Below are positions 1-9,003 of a stretch of DNA of 64,000 nucleotides, piece after piece. The position numbers and the translations under genes were made by a program. The stretch spans positions 1 through 64,000 of IMG/VR virus record IMGVR_UViG_3300025018_000102. One strand, 5' to 3'. Within the stretch, counting starts at the first letter, position 1. The number at the start of each line of letters is the position of its first letter. The notes under the pieces are model-generated. The model searched no databases. It was not told the origin of the DNA and was given only the letters and a program-made list of their open reading frames with translations. Source of the stretch: a virus.

Positions 1-54
1 AAGAATAGGGCCCGCGATATCGCGGATCGTGCCAAAAATCGGCACGCCGCGGAA

Positions 55-246
55 GTGGACTCTATGCGTGCGGCCCGTGCCGCACTAGCAGCCACGATCG
101 ACGGGTTTCAGCGCCTCAAATCCAAGGCGCAGAAAGACGCAGCACGGGCCCGCTGTGTCGCGATTTGTGAAGGCAAACTGGGCCTAACTCGGGCGGAGGC
201 GCGAGCACACATCGCGGGCCTGGTTGCAGCTAGCAAGACCCGATAG
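55..246 (+). CDS. hypothetical protein (start uncertain)
   Basis: 63-aa ORF on the same strand as the downstream gene run. Confidence 0.4.
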   Translation: MDSMRAARAALAATIDGFQRLKSKAQKDAARARCVAICEGKLGLTRAEARAHIAGLVAASKTR

Positions 247-479
247 GGCCGCGCCCTAGGGCGCTGGGTAGGGCTCTAGTGAGCTTCGATAGGGTGCGAT
301 CCCCTATCCTACCCCCAACGATCTTGTGAGACACGAGTCCTTAAGGACTCATGGCGACCGATTCGGCGCCTTTCCAAAAATCGACCCGCACAGGCGCATT
401 GTTGCGTCCGCGGTACAGTCGAGCCCTACCAGGCCCGATTGCGACTTTGGAAAGGCGCTCGCGTCAGCTAACTAACCTC

Positions 480-509
480 ACCCGATTGGCATATCGCCGA
501 TCGGGTTTT
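480..509 (+). terminator. putative intrinsic terminator
   Basis: CCCGATTGGC-atatc-GCCGATCGGG stem-loop followed by TTTT. Confidence 0.55.
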
Positions 510-546
510 CTACATCTAGCGTCATAGGACGCGAAAGGCTCATGAC

Positions 547-840
547 ATGACAACGAAAAGCTATTTCTTCACCACGGCCCCTGCGTCGTACGACTACGGG
601 CGGACCACTACGATCGCCGAGGGCATCGTTAGCAGCTTTGGCGACGGCTATAGGCTGGTTTGCGTTACGGAACGCGACCCGCAAGGAACATTCTTGGCGG
701 ACTACCAATGCGGGCGATACTGGAGCGGCATGCACCGGCCATGGCCGGTGGATAGCGTCGACGCGTCCAACCTTGGCCTGCCTCCGCTTTCCGACTTCAT
801 CGGCGCCGATGGTCAACTGAAACTGCGGGGTGCGTCGTGA
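547..840 (+). CDS. hypothetical phage protein
   Basis: 97-aa ORF; GTGA overlap with next gene. Confidence 0.7.
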   Translation: MTTKSYFFTTAPASYDYGRTTTIAEGIVSSFGDGYRLVCVTERDPQGTFLADYQCGRYWSGMHRPWPVDSVDASNLGLPPLSDFIGADGQLKLRGAS

Positions 841-1160
841 GTGACCCGACCCTGAGCACGGCTCTAGCCGTCTCTTTGAGCGTGCGAGCTGCGCTCGATT
901 CACCATGGCACGCCGACTACTTGATCGAACTAAGCCGGCATATCGTCGGCTTTGCTCCGAGCCTTGACCGTCGCACGTGCGAGTGCATCATTGCGACCGC
1001 TGCCTGCGTTGCCGAAGATCACCCCGTGCTTGCGCCTAAGATGCAAGTGATCGTTGACGCGTGTTGGGAGCGCTCAGAGCTGATTTGGCCCGGCCATGCT
1101 GGCGAGCGCCCCGTTTTCCCCCGGCCCGTTGTAGGCCCACAAAAGAAGGTTTTGTCATGA
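837..1160 (+). CDS. hypothetical phage protein
   Basis: 107-aa ORF coupled by overlap on both sides. Confidence 0.65.
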   Translation: MSDPTLSTALAVSLSVRAALDSPWHADYLIELSRHIVGFAPSLDRRTCECIIATAACVAEDHPVLAPKMQVIVDACWERSELIWPGHAGERPVFPRPVVGPQKKVLS

Positions 1161-1459
1161 GTGACTATTCAATGAATGACCCCAAGGGCTGGTGCGGCGA
1201 TCCGCGTCGAGGCGCAGCAATGGGTCGTGCAAGCGTCACCGATGCGCCGAAGGACTATGACGGCAAGATCGGCTTGCGGCGCGTCTACCTAAACACCGGT
1301 GGCTACGATAGCAACGGGACCTACTTCGGCCACGGAGATCCGCTCTTTTGGGCGGCAAACGAGGATGGCGATATTGACTTCATGTTGCGTGCCTACAACC
1401 GGGACAAGGCTCGTGAACTTGTGCTCGCAAAGTTTCCCAAGGCGAAAGTGAGGCGATAA
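1157..1459 (+). CDS. hypothetical phage protein (LNTGGYDSNGTYFG motif)
   Basis: ATG at 1157 overlaps previous stop (ATGA); motif type seen in phage early genes. Confidence 0.75.
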   Translation: MSDYSMNDPKGWCGDPRRGAAMGRASVTDAPKDYDGKIGLRRVYLNTGGYDSNGTYFGHGDPLFWAANEDGDIDFMLRAYNRDKARELVLAKFPKAKVRR

Positions 1460-1719
1460 TGATCAAATGGCAAAAGGCAAGCGAGCATGTCATGACGGCG
1501 ATCGTTGACATGCCGTGCAAGGACCAGAAACTCCGGACGATCGCGTTGCGCATCGACCGGCGAACCCAACCCTATCGTGTGGACATGCGCGACCTTGGCC
1601 CGTGGGAGGCAATCGACCGGGGCGATGGCGTGCACTCAAACTCTGAGGCGGAAGCCTTGGCCGCCTCCTTTGTGCGGGCCGCCATCGCACAATCCACCTA
1701 CCGCCCGAAAGGCTACTAA
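1459..1719 (+). CDS. hypothetical phage protein
   Basis: 86-aa ORF with TAATG coupling. Confidence 0.7.
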   Translation: MIKWQKASEHVMTAIVDMPCKDQKLRTIALRIDRRTQPYRVDMRDLGPWEAIDRGDGVHSNSEAEALAASFVRAAIAQSTYRPKGY

Positions 1720-1923
1720 TGAGCTACTCAAACAACAAAGACCAAGCGCCGTATGCGTTCCTCAACGACCCCACGCATCCCCAGCGTAAGCAGTTTGACG
1801 CGATGCACGCGTTCAACGACATTATGAGCGGGATCGGCTTGGCTGCATGAGGAAGTGCCCTCGGAAGTCGTCGAGTACCTGTTTAGCATGAAGGAAACCC
1901 TTCCGCCTAAGGCTTGGCAATGA
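1719..1923 (+). pseudogene. small gene apparently split by a 1-nt insertion near 1839
   Basis: Frame from ATG 1719 stops at 1850; +1 frame continues WLHEEVPSEVVEYLFSMKETLPPKAWQ to an ATGA overlap at 1920. Confidence 0.45.
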
Positions 1924-2210
1924 GTATTTATCTCGTCACCGTGGGCCCAAGGTCTACGCGTATCTATCTCACGCCCAAACGGCTAGAAGCCTATCGTGAT
2001 CAAGCGATCGGGCCCGTGAGTGAGGAACACGAAGCGCTTGCGCTCGGCATCAAGAAGTTGTTTGGGGCCAAAGCGTCTTTTTGGAGCGTGAACGGCCACC
2101 TTGGCTCGCTTGGCTTTGGCCAAGTGGTCGAGCCAATGCCTCGCAACCCTGGGGCGTATAACTGCCTCACTCCACAAGTTAGAGCGTCAGCCGAAAAGGA
2201 GAGCCAATGA
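1920..2210 (+). CDS. hypothetical phage protein
   Basis: ORF with ATGA coupling to next gene. Confidence 0.7.
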   Translation: MSIYLVTVGPRSTRIYLTPKRLEAYRDQAIGPVSEEHEALALGIKKLFGAKASFWSVNGHLGSLGFGQVVEPMPRNPGAYNCLTPQVRASAEKESQ

Positions 2211-2455
2211 CCTACGATATCTGCGAAGAATGCCACACCACGATCATGGTTGGCGACTTGACCCACTTCGACAACCATCTGCCCGACGTTGCCGACGTAC
2301 GTATGCGGACAGTGTGCGAGGCCATAGAGGAGACTTTCCCCTCCGGCACATTTGGCTTTAGCAGCCTGGGCGAGACTGAGGAGCACTCGGTCTATGCGTG
2401 CGAGTGCTGCGGTACGCCTCTTCACGGAAACCGATTCACCATCTACAAGGATTGA
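2207..2455 (+). CDS. small Cys-rich (CxxC...CxCC) protein
   Basis: CEEC and CECCG motifs; GGAG RBS. Confidence 0.7.
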   Translation: MTYDICEECHTTIMVGDLTHFDNHLPDVADVRMRTVCEAIEETFPSGTFGFSSLGETEEHSVYACECCGTPLHGNRFTIYKD

Positions 2456-2459
2456 GCAA

Positions 2460-2654
2460 ATGAGCAAAAAGAAGACAAATGCACAGCAAGCCGTCAAGGC
2501 ATTTGACCGCGACGACTGCATCCCCAACCTTGGTCAAGTGGTGCATCGGGCATCATTTGCACATGGAGACGTACACACGTTCCCGGACGGGTCCATTGCA
2601 CTTCACGGGGATGACTGCACTTTTACTGCCGTACTAGGATCGGATGCCGAGTGA
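2460..2654 (+). CDS. hypothetical phage protein
   Basis: ATG 2460 (MSKKKTNAQQ) directly after previous stop. Confidence 0.6.
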   Translation: MSKKKTNAQQAVKAFDRDDCIPNLGQVVHRASFAHGDVHTFPDGSIALHGDDCTFTAVLGSDAE

Positions 2655-2685
2655 CTATCACCCCCATCTTTCATAGGAGAGACTC

Positions 2686-3417
2686 ATGACCGCAGCTATT
2701 TTCGTACCCAAATCAGGCAACACCAAGATCCAAGGCAAGGGCCGGGTGGCCGCAACCTACGCGAGCATCAAGGCATCGTGCCCCAGCACGTGCAGTTTCA
2801 AGGGTGACTCGTGTTATGCCCAACACGGCAAGGTCGCGATGACGGTTCGCCGGCTTGACGCTGGAGCAATCGACAAACGACCCGAAACCGTCGCTCGTGA
2901 AGAGAAAAACGCCATTGACGGCGCGTTCCGAGGCGGCCCCGTGCCTCAAGATGGCGAGCGAGGCGGTCGGGACCTTCGGCTGCACGTATCGGGCGATGCA
3001 CGCACAAGGCGCGCCGCTGAACACCTTGGCAAGGCTGCCGATGGTTGGAAGGCCCGAGGTGGCGGCGACGTGTGGACCTACACTCACGCATGGCGCACGG
3101 TTCGGCGTGAGTCCTGGGGGCCTTCTGTGTCCGTGTTGGCGTCCATTGAGAACCCAGCGGACACCAAGAGAGCGTCTGCGCAAGGCTACGCCGTGGCGAT
3201 GGTGGTGGGCAAGCACTTGTCTGACAAAGCATACACAGTGCCAGGGTCTGACGTGAAGTTCGTTCCTTGCGTGCAACAAACGCGAGGCGTACCGTGCACG
3301 ACGTGCCGGCTCTGCTTTGACGCCGACCGGCTCCACAAAGCCAACATGGGGATCGCCTTTGCTGCGCATGGTGCAACGCAAAAGATCCGCAAACACCTTA
3401 CCGTTCTTGGAGACTGA
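2686..3417 (+). CDS. Gp88-like Cys-cluster phage protein (radical-SAM-like CxxxC...CYA)
   Basis: SCPSTCSFKGDSCYA, RLHVSGD, WTYTH and C-terminal CxxCxxC...AAHG motifs; AGGAG RBS. Confidence 0.65.
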   Translation: MTAAIFVPKSGNTKIQGKGRVAATYASIKASCPSTCSFKGDSCYAQHGKVAMTVRRLDAGAIDKRPETVAREEKNAIDGAFRGGPVPQDGERGGRDLRLHVSGDARTRRAAEHLGKAADGWKARGGGDVWTYTHAWRTVRRESWGPSVSVLASIENPADTKRASAQGYAVAMVVGKHLSDKAYTVPGSDVKFVPCVQQTRGVPCTTCRLCFDADRLHKANMGIAFAAHGATQKIRKHLTVLGD

Positions 3418-3470
3418 CGCAATGATTACCTCAATCGACCCACGCAGCGGCTACTTGGTGGAGGTGAAGC

Positions 3471-3680
3471 GTGCCTAAACGGTGGGATTCCTGGGGAGAG
3501 AAGGAAAAAGAGGAGCAAGCACACACCAAGCTTGCTGAGCGCATCTATGCTGGCACGTGCCAGCGTGATGTGTGGCAGAACCTGAACCCAGAAGAAGCCG
3601 CGAAGGTCGCTAAGGCCTTGGCGTGGCTTGTGCAATGCAAATACCCCGACGACGTCAACCCAATGGCGGAGTCAGACTAG
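3471..3680 (+). CDS. hypothetical protein
   Basis: 69-aa ORF with GGAGG RBS. Confidence 0.55.
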   Translation: MPKRWDSWGEKEKEEQAHTKLAERIYAGTCQRDVWQNLNPEEAAKVAKALAWLVQCKYPDDVNPMAESD

Positions 3681-3688
3681 GAGATACC

Positions 3689-3853
3689 ATGAGACTAATC
3701 ACCACATTCGCCCTCGTATTCTGCGGGGTGCTTTTTCTCTCAGGCCTTCTGGGCCTGGAGGCTTACAACGTGCTCACATTCGCTGGGCATTCAATCAACG
3801 GCAGTACGCTGGTCGGGATCGTCCTCGGCTTGCTCATTGCCAGAAAGGCATGA
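3689..3853 (+). CDS. small membrane protein
   Basis: AGGAG RBS; two hydrophobic segments. Confidence 0.65.
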   Translation: MRLITTFALVFCGVLFLSGLLGLEAYNVLTFAGHSINGSTLVGIVLGLLIARKA

Positions 3854-3856
3854 GCC

Positions 3857-4405
3857 ATGACAGGAGGAAAAGCGATGAAGTTTACGATCATTCATACGTC
3901 ACCCGCCCCGATTATTGAGATCTCAAGACAGGGTCTCTTCGGGGACTCGTTGTGCTTTAGTGATAACGAATATTGGATGGGTGACTGTAGACGCGATGGC
4001 GCGTGCGTTTACGAACTCAGCGTCGAATCTGTCGCGACGGGCGGTCAAATCTACTACCATGATGACGTGGAGAGCGACGAAGTCATGTCGCTCATCCGTG
4101 GTTTTGCTGCGGAGTGCGACATGTCCGAAGAGGCCGCGCTTGAGTTTATCTGCGAGCGCACTGACTATGACGCGCTCGATCACCTGGATGCGGATGCAGC
4201 GGCGGAGGCTAGCTGGGCAGCGCAGGCAGTAGCAGCGAAGGTCGCGGTTTGTCTCGGCTACGAAGGGTTCAAGGGGCGGGACGAACAAGGGACCGTCTAC
4301 ATCATTCCAATGACCGGTAGAATCGGCGAACTCGTGCTCGTTGAAGCGCGACCGCGCGCATCATCCGCGAGACTGATCCCCAAACCCTCGCCGAGTCTAA
4401 GATGA
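3857..4405 (+). CDS. hypothetical acidic phage protein
   Basis: 182-aa ORF; C-terminal LGYEG..GRDEQGTVY motif. Confidence 0.7.
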   Translation: MTGGKAMKFTIIHTSPAPIIEISRQGLFGDSLCFSDNEYWMGDCRRDGACVYELSVESVATGGQIYYHDDVESDEVMSLIRGFAAECDMSEEAALEFICERTDYDALDHLDADAAAEASWAAQAVAAKVAVCLGYEGFKGRDEQGTVYIIPMTGRIGELVLVEARPRASSARLIPKPSPSLR

Positions 4406-4584
4406 TGCCTAACGAGAACGATTACAAACAAGCTCTACGTGAGTTGGTCACGGCCTATGAAGCTTTTGAGGCTGCTAGGTTGCGCGTAAATGACTGTGTG
4501 GTTAGGGTTCTCAAAGAGAGATATCTTTACCCAGACACCAAAGACATCAAAGCCTGTTGGCTAGAACTAGGACTAACACCATGA
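4402..4584 (+). CDS. hypothetical protein
   Basis: 60-aa ORF coupled by overlap on both sides. Confidence 0.55.
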   Translation: MMPNENDYKQALRELVTAYEAFEAARLRVNDCVVRVLKERYLYPDTKDIKACWLELGLTP

Positions 4585-5087
4585 AACATCTAACTATCAT
4601 TCTCCTCTGTCTTCTCACTTCCTGTACAACGATCATCGTCGAACCTGGAGCCGACGCTGGCCCCGGATTCGACGCAGGCTCAACGATGCCTGATGGCTTC
4701 ACCCTGGACAGTGATCCGACGGACGCGCCCATTCGCTACGACGTGGGCAACGACGCAACTCCCACCATGATCGAGATCACTGTGTGCGACGACGCCGTAT
4801 CCTTTGACTCTGCCTCAAACTTCTGCCGCGCATTCTACAGCGTGCTGTCTCAGGGTCCGTGCGCAGATCAAGTGGATCGCACGGAGGACAATCCTTCTCA
4901 GCAGGAGATTCGATGCCCTTGGATCGACTTCTTGCAGTGTCGGCAGTGCGACTTCTCTCAACTAAACGAATGTGTCCAAGCGCTGAGCGAAGTTGGTAAT
5001 CGACCGAGTGCGACGTGCCAAGCCGTACTCAACGAGCGCGACAACAACATGGCCTGCGCCTACACAGCCTGCGGGTGGTACGAATGA
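4581..5087 (+). CDS. Cys-rich lipoprotein with DAG motifs
   Basis: Signal peptide MKHLTIILLCLLTS-C lipobox; ADAGPGFDAG; many Cys in C-terminal half. Confidence 0.7.
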   Translation: MKHLTIILLCLLTSCTTIIVEPGADAGPGFDAGSTMPDGFTLDSDPTDAPIRYDVGNDATPTMIEITVCDDAVSFDSASNFCRAFYSVLSQGPCADQVDRTEDNPSQQEIRCPWIDFLQCRQCDFSQLNECVQALSEVGNRPSATCQAVLNERDNNMACAYTACGWYE

Positions 5088-5200
5088 TTCAACTCATCAC
5101 CTACTTGGCCTTCGGGTTACTGTTTGCCTACGCCGTCGTGGGCATGATTTAGGAAAACGCCATGAAGGCGAAACAAATAGTAGTGTTAAGGAGACAAGCA

Positions 5201-5647
5201 ATGACTAAGACGATCACTGACGAACTGCTGGCCAAGGCTGCCCCAGATGCGGAGCACTACGCTAACGAGATCATCGAGTGCTGGACGGAGCAAGCTGCAC
5301 CGGGGCAACTCATGATCGTGGGGTGTGCCGAGGACATGGGCATCTGGGCAGACATGAAAGATGCTCCCGTGCACCTGCACGATGAGATCGAGCGGCTAGT
5401 GCGGGATGGATTCCGAGCGTACAACGCGACGGTTACCCTGTGCTACGAGGATCTCACGGACTGGTATGACGGGTGGGAAACTAACCGAATCACGGAGGCC
5501 TACGAGAGAAGCGGGTGGGATGTGTCCGAGTACATCCGTCGGACGCTGCAAGACGAAGTGGCTTACGTTCAAGAAGAACTTGGGTGCCAAGTCCTCCCGG
5601 AAGAAGTGTGGGCGATCATGACCGAGATCCTGGAGGATGGACGATGA
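5201..5647 (+). CDS. hypothetical acidic protein
   Basis: AAGGAG RBS before ATG 5201. Confidence 0.7.
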   Translation: MTKTITDELLAKAAPDAEHYANEIIECWTEQAAPGQLMIVGCAEDMGIWADMKDAPVHLHDEIERLVRDGFRAYNATVTLCYEDLTDWYDGWETNRITEAYERSGWDVSEYIRRTLQDEVAYVQEELGCQVLPEEVWAIMTEILEDGR

Positions 5648-5835
5648 GCGAAGAAATGTTTTTTGACGCGATAGAGCGTGGATCTCTGTCTACGGCGTGG
5701 TCACTGCTAGACGACCTGGGGTCAGTGCGCGTAGGGTACGACTGGGCAGAGCACTACGAGCCGGAACTACATACTGCTGGAATCATCGTAGATACGTCAG
5801 ATACAGAGTGGGTTACGCTTTCTGTAGACAGCTAG
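5644..5835 (+). CDS. hypothetical protein
   Basis: ATGA overlap; GGAGG RBS. Confidence 0.6.
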   Translation: MSEEMFFDAIERGSLSTAWSLLDDLGSVRVGYDWAEHYEPELHTAGIIVDTSDTEWVTLSVDS

Positions 5836-5990
5836 CGGCTAGCGCGGCTAGGAGCGAGGATGGACAATGACCTGCCACAACTGCGGCTGCGCTCGCCACG
5901 AGTGCGAGTGTGCGTGCGATTCCTCAACCCACTTTTGGTATGAATGTATCACGTTCAAGATCTGTCGCCACTGCGGCAAGAAAGAAGACC

Positions 5991-6233
5991 ATGGATCGAG
6001 AGACGTTCAAAAACACAGCAAAACTGCTAGTGGAGACCATGAATCGCTGCTGCGATGACGATTTCACCTTGCAGTCCGTTCGAATGGAACTATTGTTCAT
6101 GAAGGAGCTTCCGTTCTTCTCCGGATCAATCGGAGACCTAAATGCGTGGGGTAACACCCCACCAGAAGTGCTTACTAACTTACTCAAGCAGGCGCGAATC
6201 AAACTAGAGGGTGCCCTCAAGGCCCGCATCTAA
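5991..6233 (+). CDS. hypothetical protein
   Basis: ORF MDRETFKN... Confidence 0.55.
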   Translation: MDRETFKNTAKLLVETMNRCCDDDFTLQSVRMELLFMKELPFFSGSIGDLNAWGNTPPEVLTNLLKQARIKLEGALKARI

Positions 6234-6263
6234 CACCAAGACCCTTTTTCATAGGAAAAACCA

Positions 6264-7193
6264 ATGACTACTCCCCCCGTTCAAAACGTTCTCGTGACCA
6301 CCGACATCACCCACCCAGCTGTGGATGTGATCGAGATCACCGCCTCCTCCCGAGGAGGATTCTCCCTGGCCACTGCTGAGAGCATTCTCGACGCATGGGC
6401 CGCATCGGCTGACGTGCCTGCCCTTCGTAGGAACGGGCTCAACATCGCCCTCAAGCGAGCCATGGAAGAACTTGCTCACGGCCCCACCAAGGACCTCAAG
6501 ACGCTCGGACGCGGCATTGGTGCCGTGTTCACCCTCGTGACCACCGACCTACGCCAAGCCGACCTTGAGTACTGCTCGGGCGTGGGCATTGGGAGTGCTG
6601 AGGTGTCTGCGCGACTCCATAAGAACCCAGACACTGGAACTTACGAGGTGATGGTGTCTCCCGCAACTCACCCCAAGGCTGCGGAGATTGTCCAGGCCTT
6701 CGAGTACCACAAGGCCCGTGCGTGTGCGACGCATGACGTCAAGGCGTGGCTTCAGCAGCAGGCCCTTCCTGCGCTTGGGGCCATGAAGTCCCCTGATGCT
6801 CGCGGCAAGGCGTGGATTGAGGCGACGCCTAAGAACGTCAAGGCCATCCAGGAACTTCAGGTGGCACTCGACGACCTCGCCGGAATCGGCTCGCGCATCT
6901 CTCTCTACGTCACGGGCCGCTCGGGCGCTGACTCTTCCATCGTCGACCTCATCACGGACACGCTCATGGAAGAGGCTGACCGAGTCCGCAAGGAGATTGA
7001 GCCTCGACTGGCCGACTTGGCGACCGTCAAGGGCCTTGAGTTCCAGGCAGCCAGGGCGCTCGATCTTCGCAAGCGTCTACTCGGCATCGCCAAGGCCTTC
7101 GGCATCGCCGAGAGCGACATCGAACGCGAGATCGAGGACCTTGAGTACAACATCGCGCAGACTTTGGCCCGCGTCGAGGCGGGGGCCGCATGA
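6264..7193 (+). CDS. helical protein of the type preceding MoxR/vWA pairs (DUF3150/DUF6744-like)
   Basis: 309 aa, helical C-terminus, position just upstream of AAA ATPase; family call from context. Confidence 0.55.
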   Translation: MTTPPVQNVLVTTDITHPAVDVIEITASSRGGFSLATAESILDAWAASADVPALRRNGLNIALKRAMEELAHGPTKDLKTLGRGIGAVFTLVTTDLRQADLEYCSGVGIGSAEVSARLHKNPDTGTYEVMVSPATHPKAAEIVQAFEYHKARACATHDVKAWLQQQALPALGAMKSPDARGKAWIEATPKNVKAIQELQVALDDLAGIGSRISLYVTGRSGADSSIVDLITDTLMEEADRVRKEIEPRLADLATVKGLEFQAARALDLRKRLLGIAKAFGIAESDIEREIEDLEYNIAQTLARVEAGAA

Positions 7194-7334
7194 GCAAGTC
7201 CGTCACATTCACTCGAATCCTCTACTGGCTAACCTGGTTTCCAGGCCTGCCAATTCTCATCGCCCTCGTGATTGTGGGCATCTGTTACCGAATCATCCGC
7301 TTCACTATCGAAGCCTTCATCTAAGGAAAATCAA

Positions 7335-8576
7335 ATGACCGAAACTAACATGCATGCGCTCTGTATCGGAGTTCAAATGGGCTGGTATGGCGGACGTCCG
7401 ATCCCTATGGGGCTCGAAGGTGTTCCGGGTACCGGCAAGACGGAGATCGTCAAGGCCCTGGGTGAGATCTTCGCTGCTCACCTCAAGGCTGAGGGCATCT
7501 CTGAGACGTGGGCCTTTGAGACGTTTGTGGGCCCGCAAATGCTCCCCGAGGATGTGGCGGGCATCGGGTTCCTCAACACGGAGAAGAAAGCCCTTGAGCG
7601 CTACCCGCTCATTGGTGTCCGCAACCTTCTCAACGCCAAGTACGGGATCGCTTTCTTCGATGAGTTGACTGCCACGTCCACCGCCGTGGGCGGCTCTTCG
7701 ATGACCGCTGTTCAGTCGGGCATCTACGGCGACACTCACCTTCCGGGCACGGTTGCTCCGCTTGCAGCGTGGAACCCGGTCGAGAGTGCCGCGGGAGGCC
7801 GAGACCTCAGTGCCCCTGAGATCAACCGCTTCTGCAAGCTCAAGTGGAAACTGTCGGATGCCGACTTCATCAACAAGCTCATGGGCGGCAAGGGCGCCCT
7901 GGCTCACGCAGTGATGCTTGACGCTGACTGGGAGGAGCGCTTCCTTCCCCACGCACGAGCGCTGGTGGCGTCCTTCCTCAAGATCAACCCCAAGTACATC
8001 AACACGATGGAGTCGGGTGAGACCACTGAGGCTAACTCCTCCGAGCCGTGGGCCTCCCAGCGTCAGTGGTCTAACGCCACTCGTGCACTGGCTGCCGTGC
8101 TCAGCTTGGGACACGATCCCAACAGCGAGTTGGCCGCTACACTCGTCAAGGGCCTGGTGGGCGACGACGTGGGGCGGTTCTTCATCGCCTTCGTGCGTAC
8201 TATCGACCTTCCCGACCCCAACGTGCTCCTTGAGGCTGCAATGGAGTTCCCTGCCTCAACGGACAACGAAGTGTGCAAGAAGCGCTCCTTCGCGCTGATT
8301 CCTGAGTCGGTCATGCAGCGTCCAGACAAACTCAAGATTTGCTTGGATGGCGTCGCTCACACGGCTCAGCAAGACCACAAGAACGCTGTGAAGCGTTACG
8401 TGGCTGCATGGGAGATTGTCTATCCCTTCATGCTGGACTACCCTGACATGGCCCTTGAGGCCTCACAGATTCTCGCCGCGAATGTGCCCAAGGGCGCCCC
8501 TGAGATGCGAGAAGAAATCACGGCCCTGTTCCGAATCCAAGACGCCTCTGGCTCAACCAAACTCTCAAGAAAGTAA
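7335..8576 (+). CDS. MoxR/CbbQ-like AAA+ ATPase
   Basis: Walker A GVPGTGKT, Walker B FFDEL, sensor AAWNP, arginine finger EINRF; AAGGA RBS. Confidence 0.85.
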   Translation: MTETNMHALCIGVQMGWYGGRPIPMGLEGVPGTGKTEIVKALGEIFAAHLKAEGISETWAFETFVGPQMLPEDVAGIGFLNTEKKALERYPLIGVRNLLNAKYGIAFFDELTATSTAVGGSSMTAVQSGIYGDTHLPGTVAPLAAWNPVESAAGGRDLSAPEINRFCKLKWKLSDADFINKLMGGKGALAHAVMLDADWEERFLPHARALVASFLKINPKYINTMESGETTEANSSEPWASQRQWSNATRALAAVLSLGHDPNSELAATLVKGLVGDDVGRFFIAFVRTIDLPDPNVLLEAAMEFPASTDNEVCKKRSFALIPESVMQRPDKLKICLDGVAHTAQQDHKNAVKRYVAAWEIVYPFMLDYPDMALEASQILAANVPKGAPEMREEITALFRIQDASGSTKLSRK

Positions 8577-8582
8577 AAGAAA

Positions 8583-8939
8583 ATGACTGACTCACCTGCA
8601 TCCCCCATCCGTTTCGCCTATCACCGTGACCCCGACAACCATAGGCGGGTGATGTGCATCGCCTATCGAGTACCTGGCGAGACTCTCACGAACGTGGAGT
8701 ACGGCCTCTCTCTGTGCAATCCTCTGGACCAGTTCGAAAAGAAGAAGGCGAGGCTCATCGCAGGTGGACGCCTCAACCGGCACCCTCATCAAGCAGTGCC
8801 CGGAGAGGGAGAAGATACACGCTTGGTCGAGTGGATCATGGCTGACATTCTTGACAGCCACGACCACCACACTGTGGAATACCACATGGCCTCCACCTGG
8901 TTTGAGAAGCGTGCCGCGGCTGATCTTCTTTTAGGCTGA
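8583..8939 (+). CDS. hypothetical phage protein
   Basis: YGLSLCNPLDQFEKKKARLIA motif of a common phage family. Confidence 0.7.
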   Translation: MTDSPASPIRFAYHRDPDNHRRVMCIAYRVPGETLTNVEYGLSLCNPLDQFEKKKARLIAGGRLNRHPHQAVPGEGEDTRLVEWIMADILDSHDHHTVEYHMASTWFEKRAAADLLLG

Positions 8940-9003
8940 CAGTCACGTGGTCCCCTGACATTGGCCTTCCCGTTTTCTAAACCGCTACAACATTGGATGT
9001 AAC

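Noticed and set aside
266-314. Hammerhead ribozyme
   Set aside because: A three-stem junction is present but the CUGANGA and GAAA core is missing on both strands.
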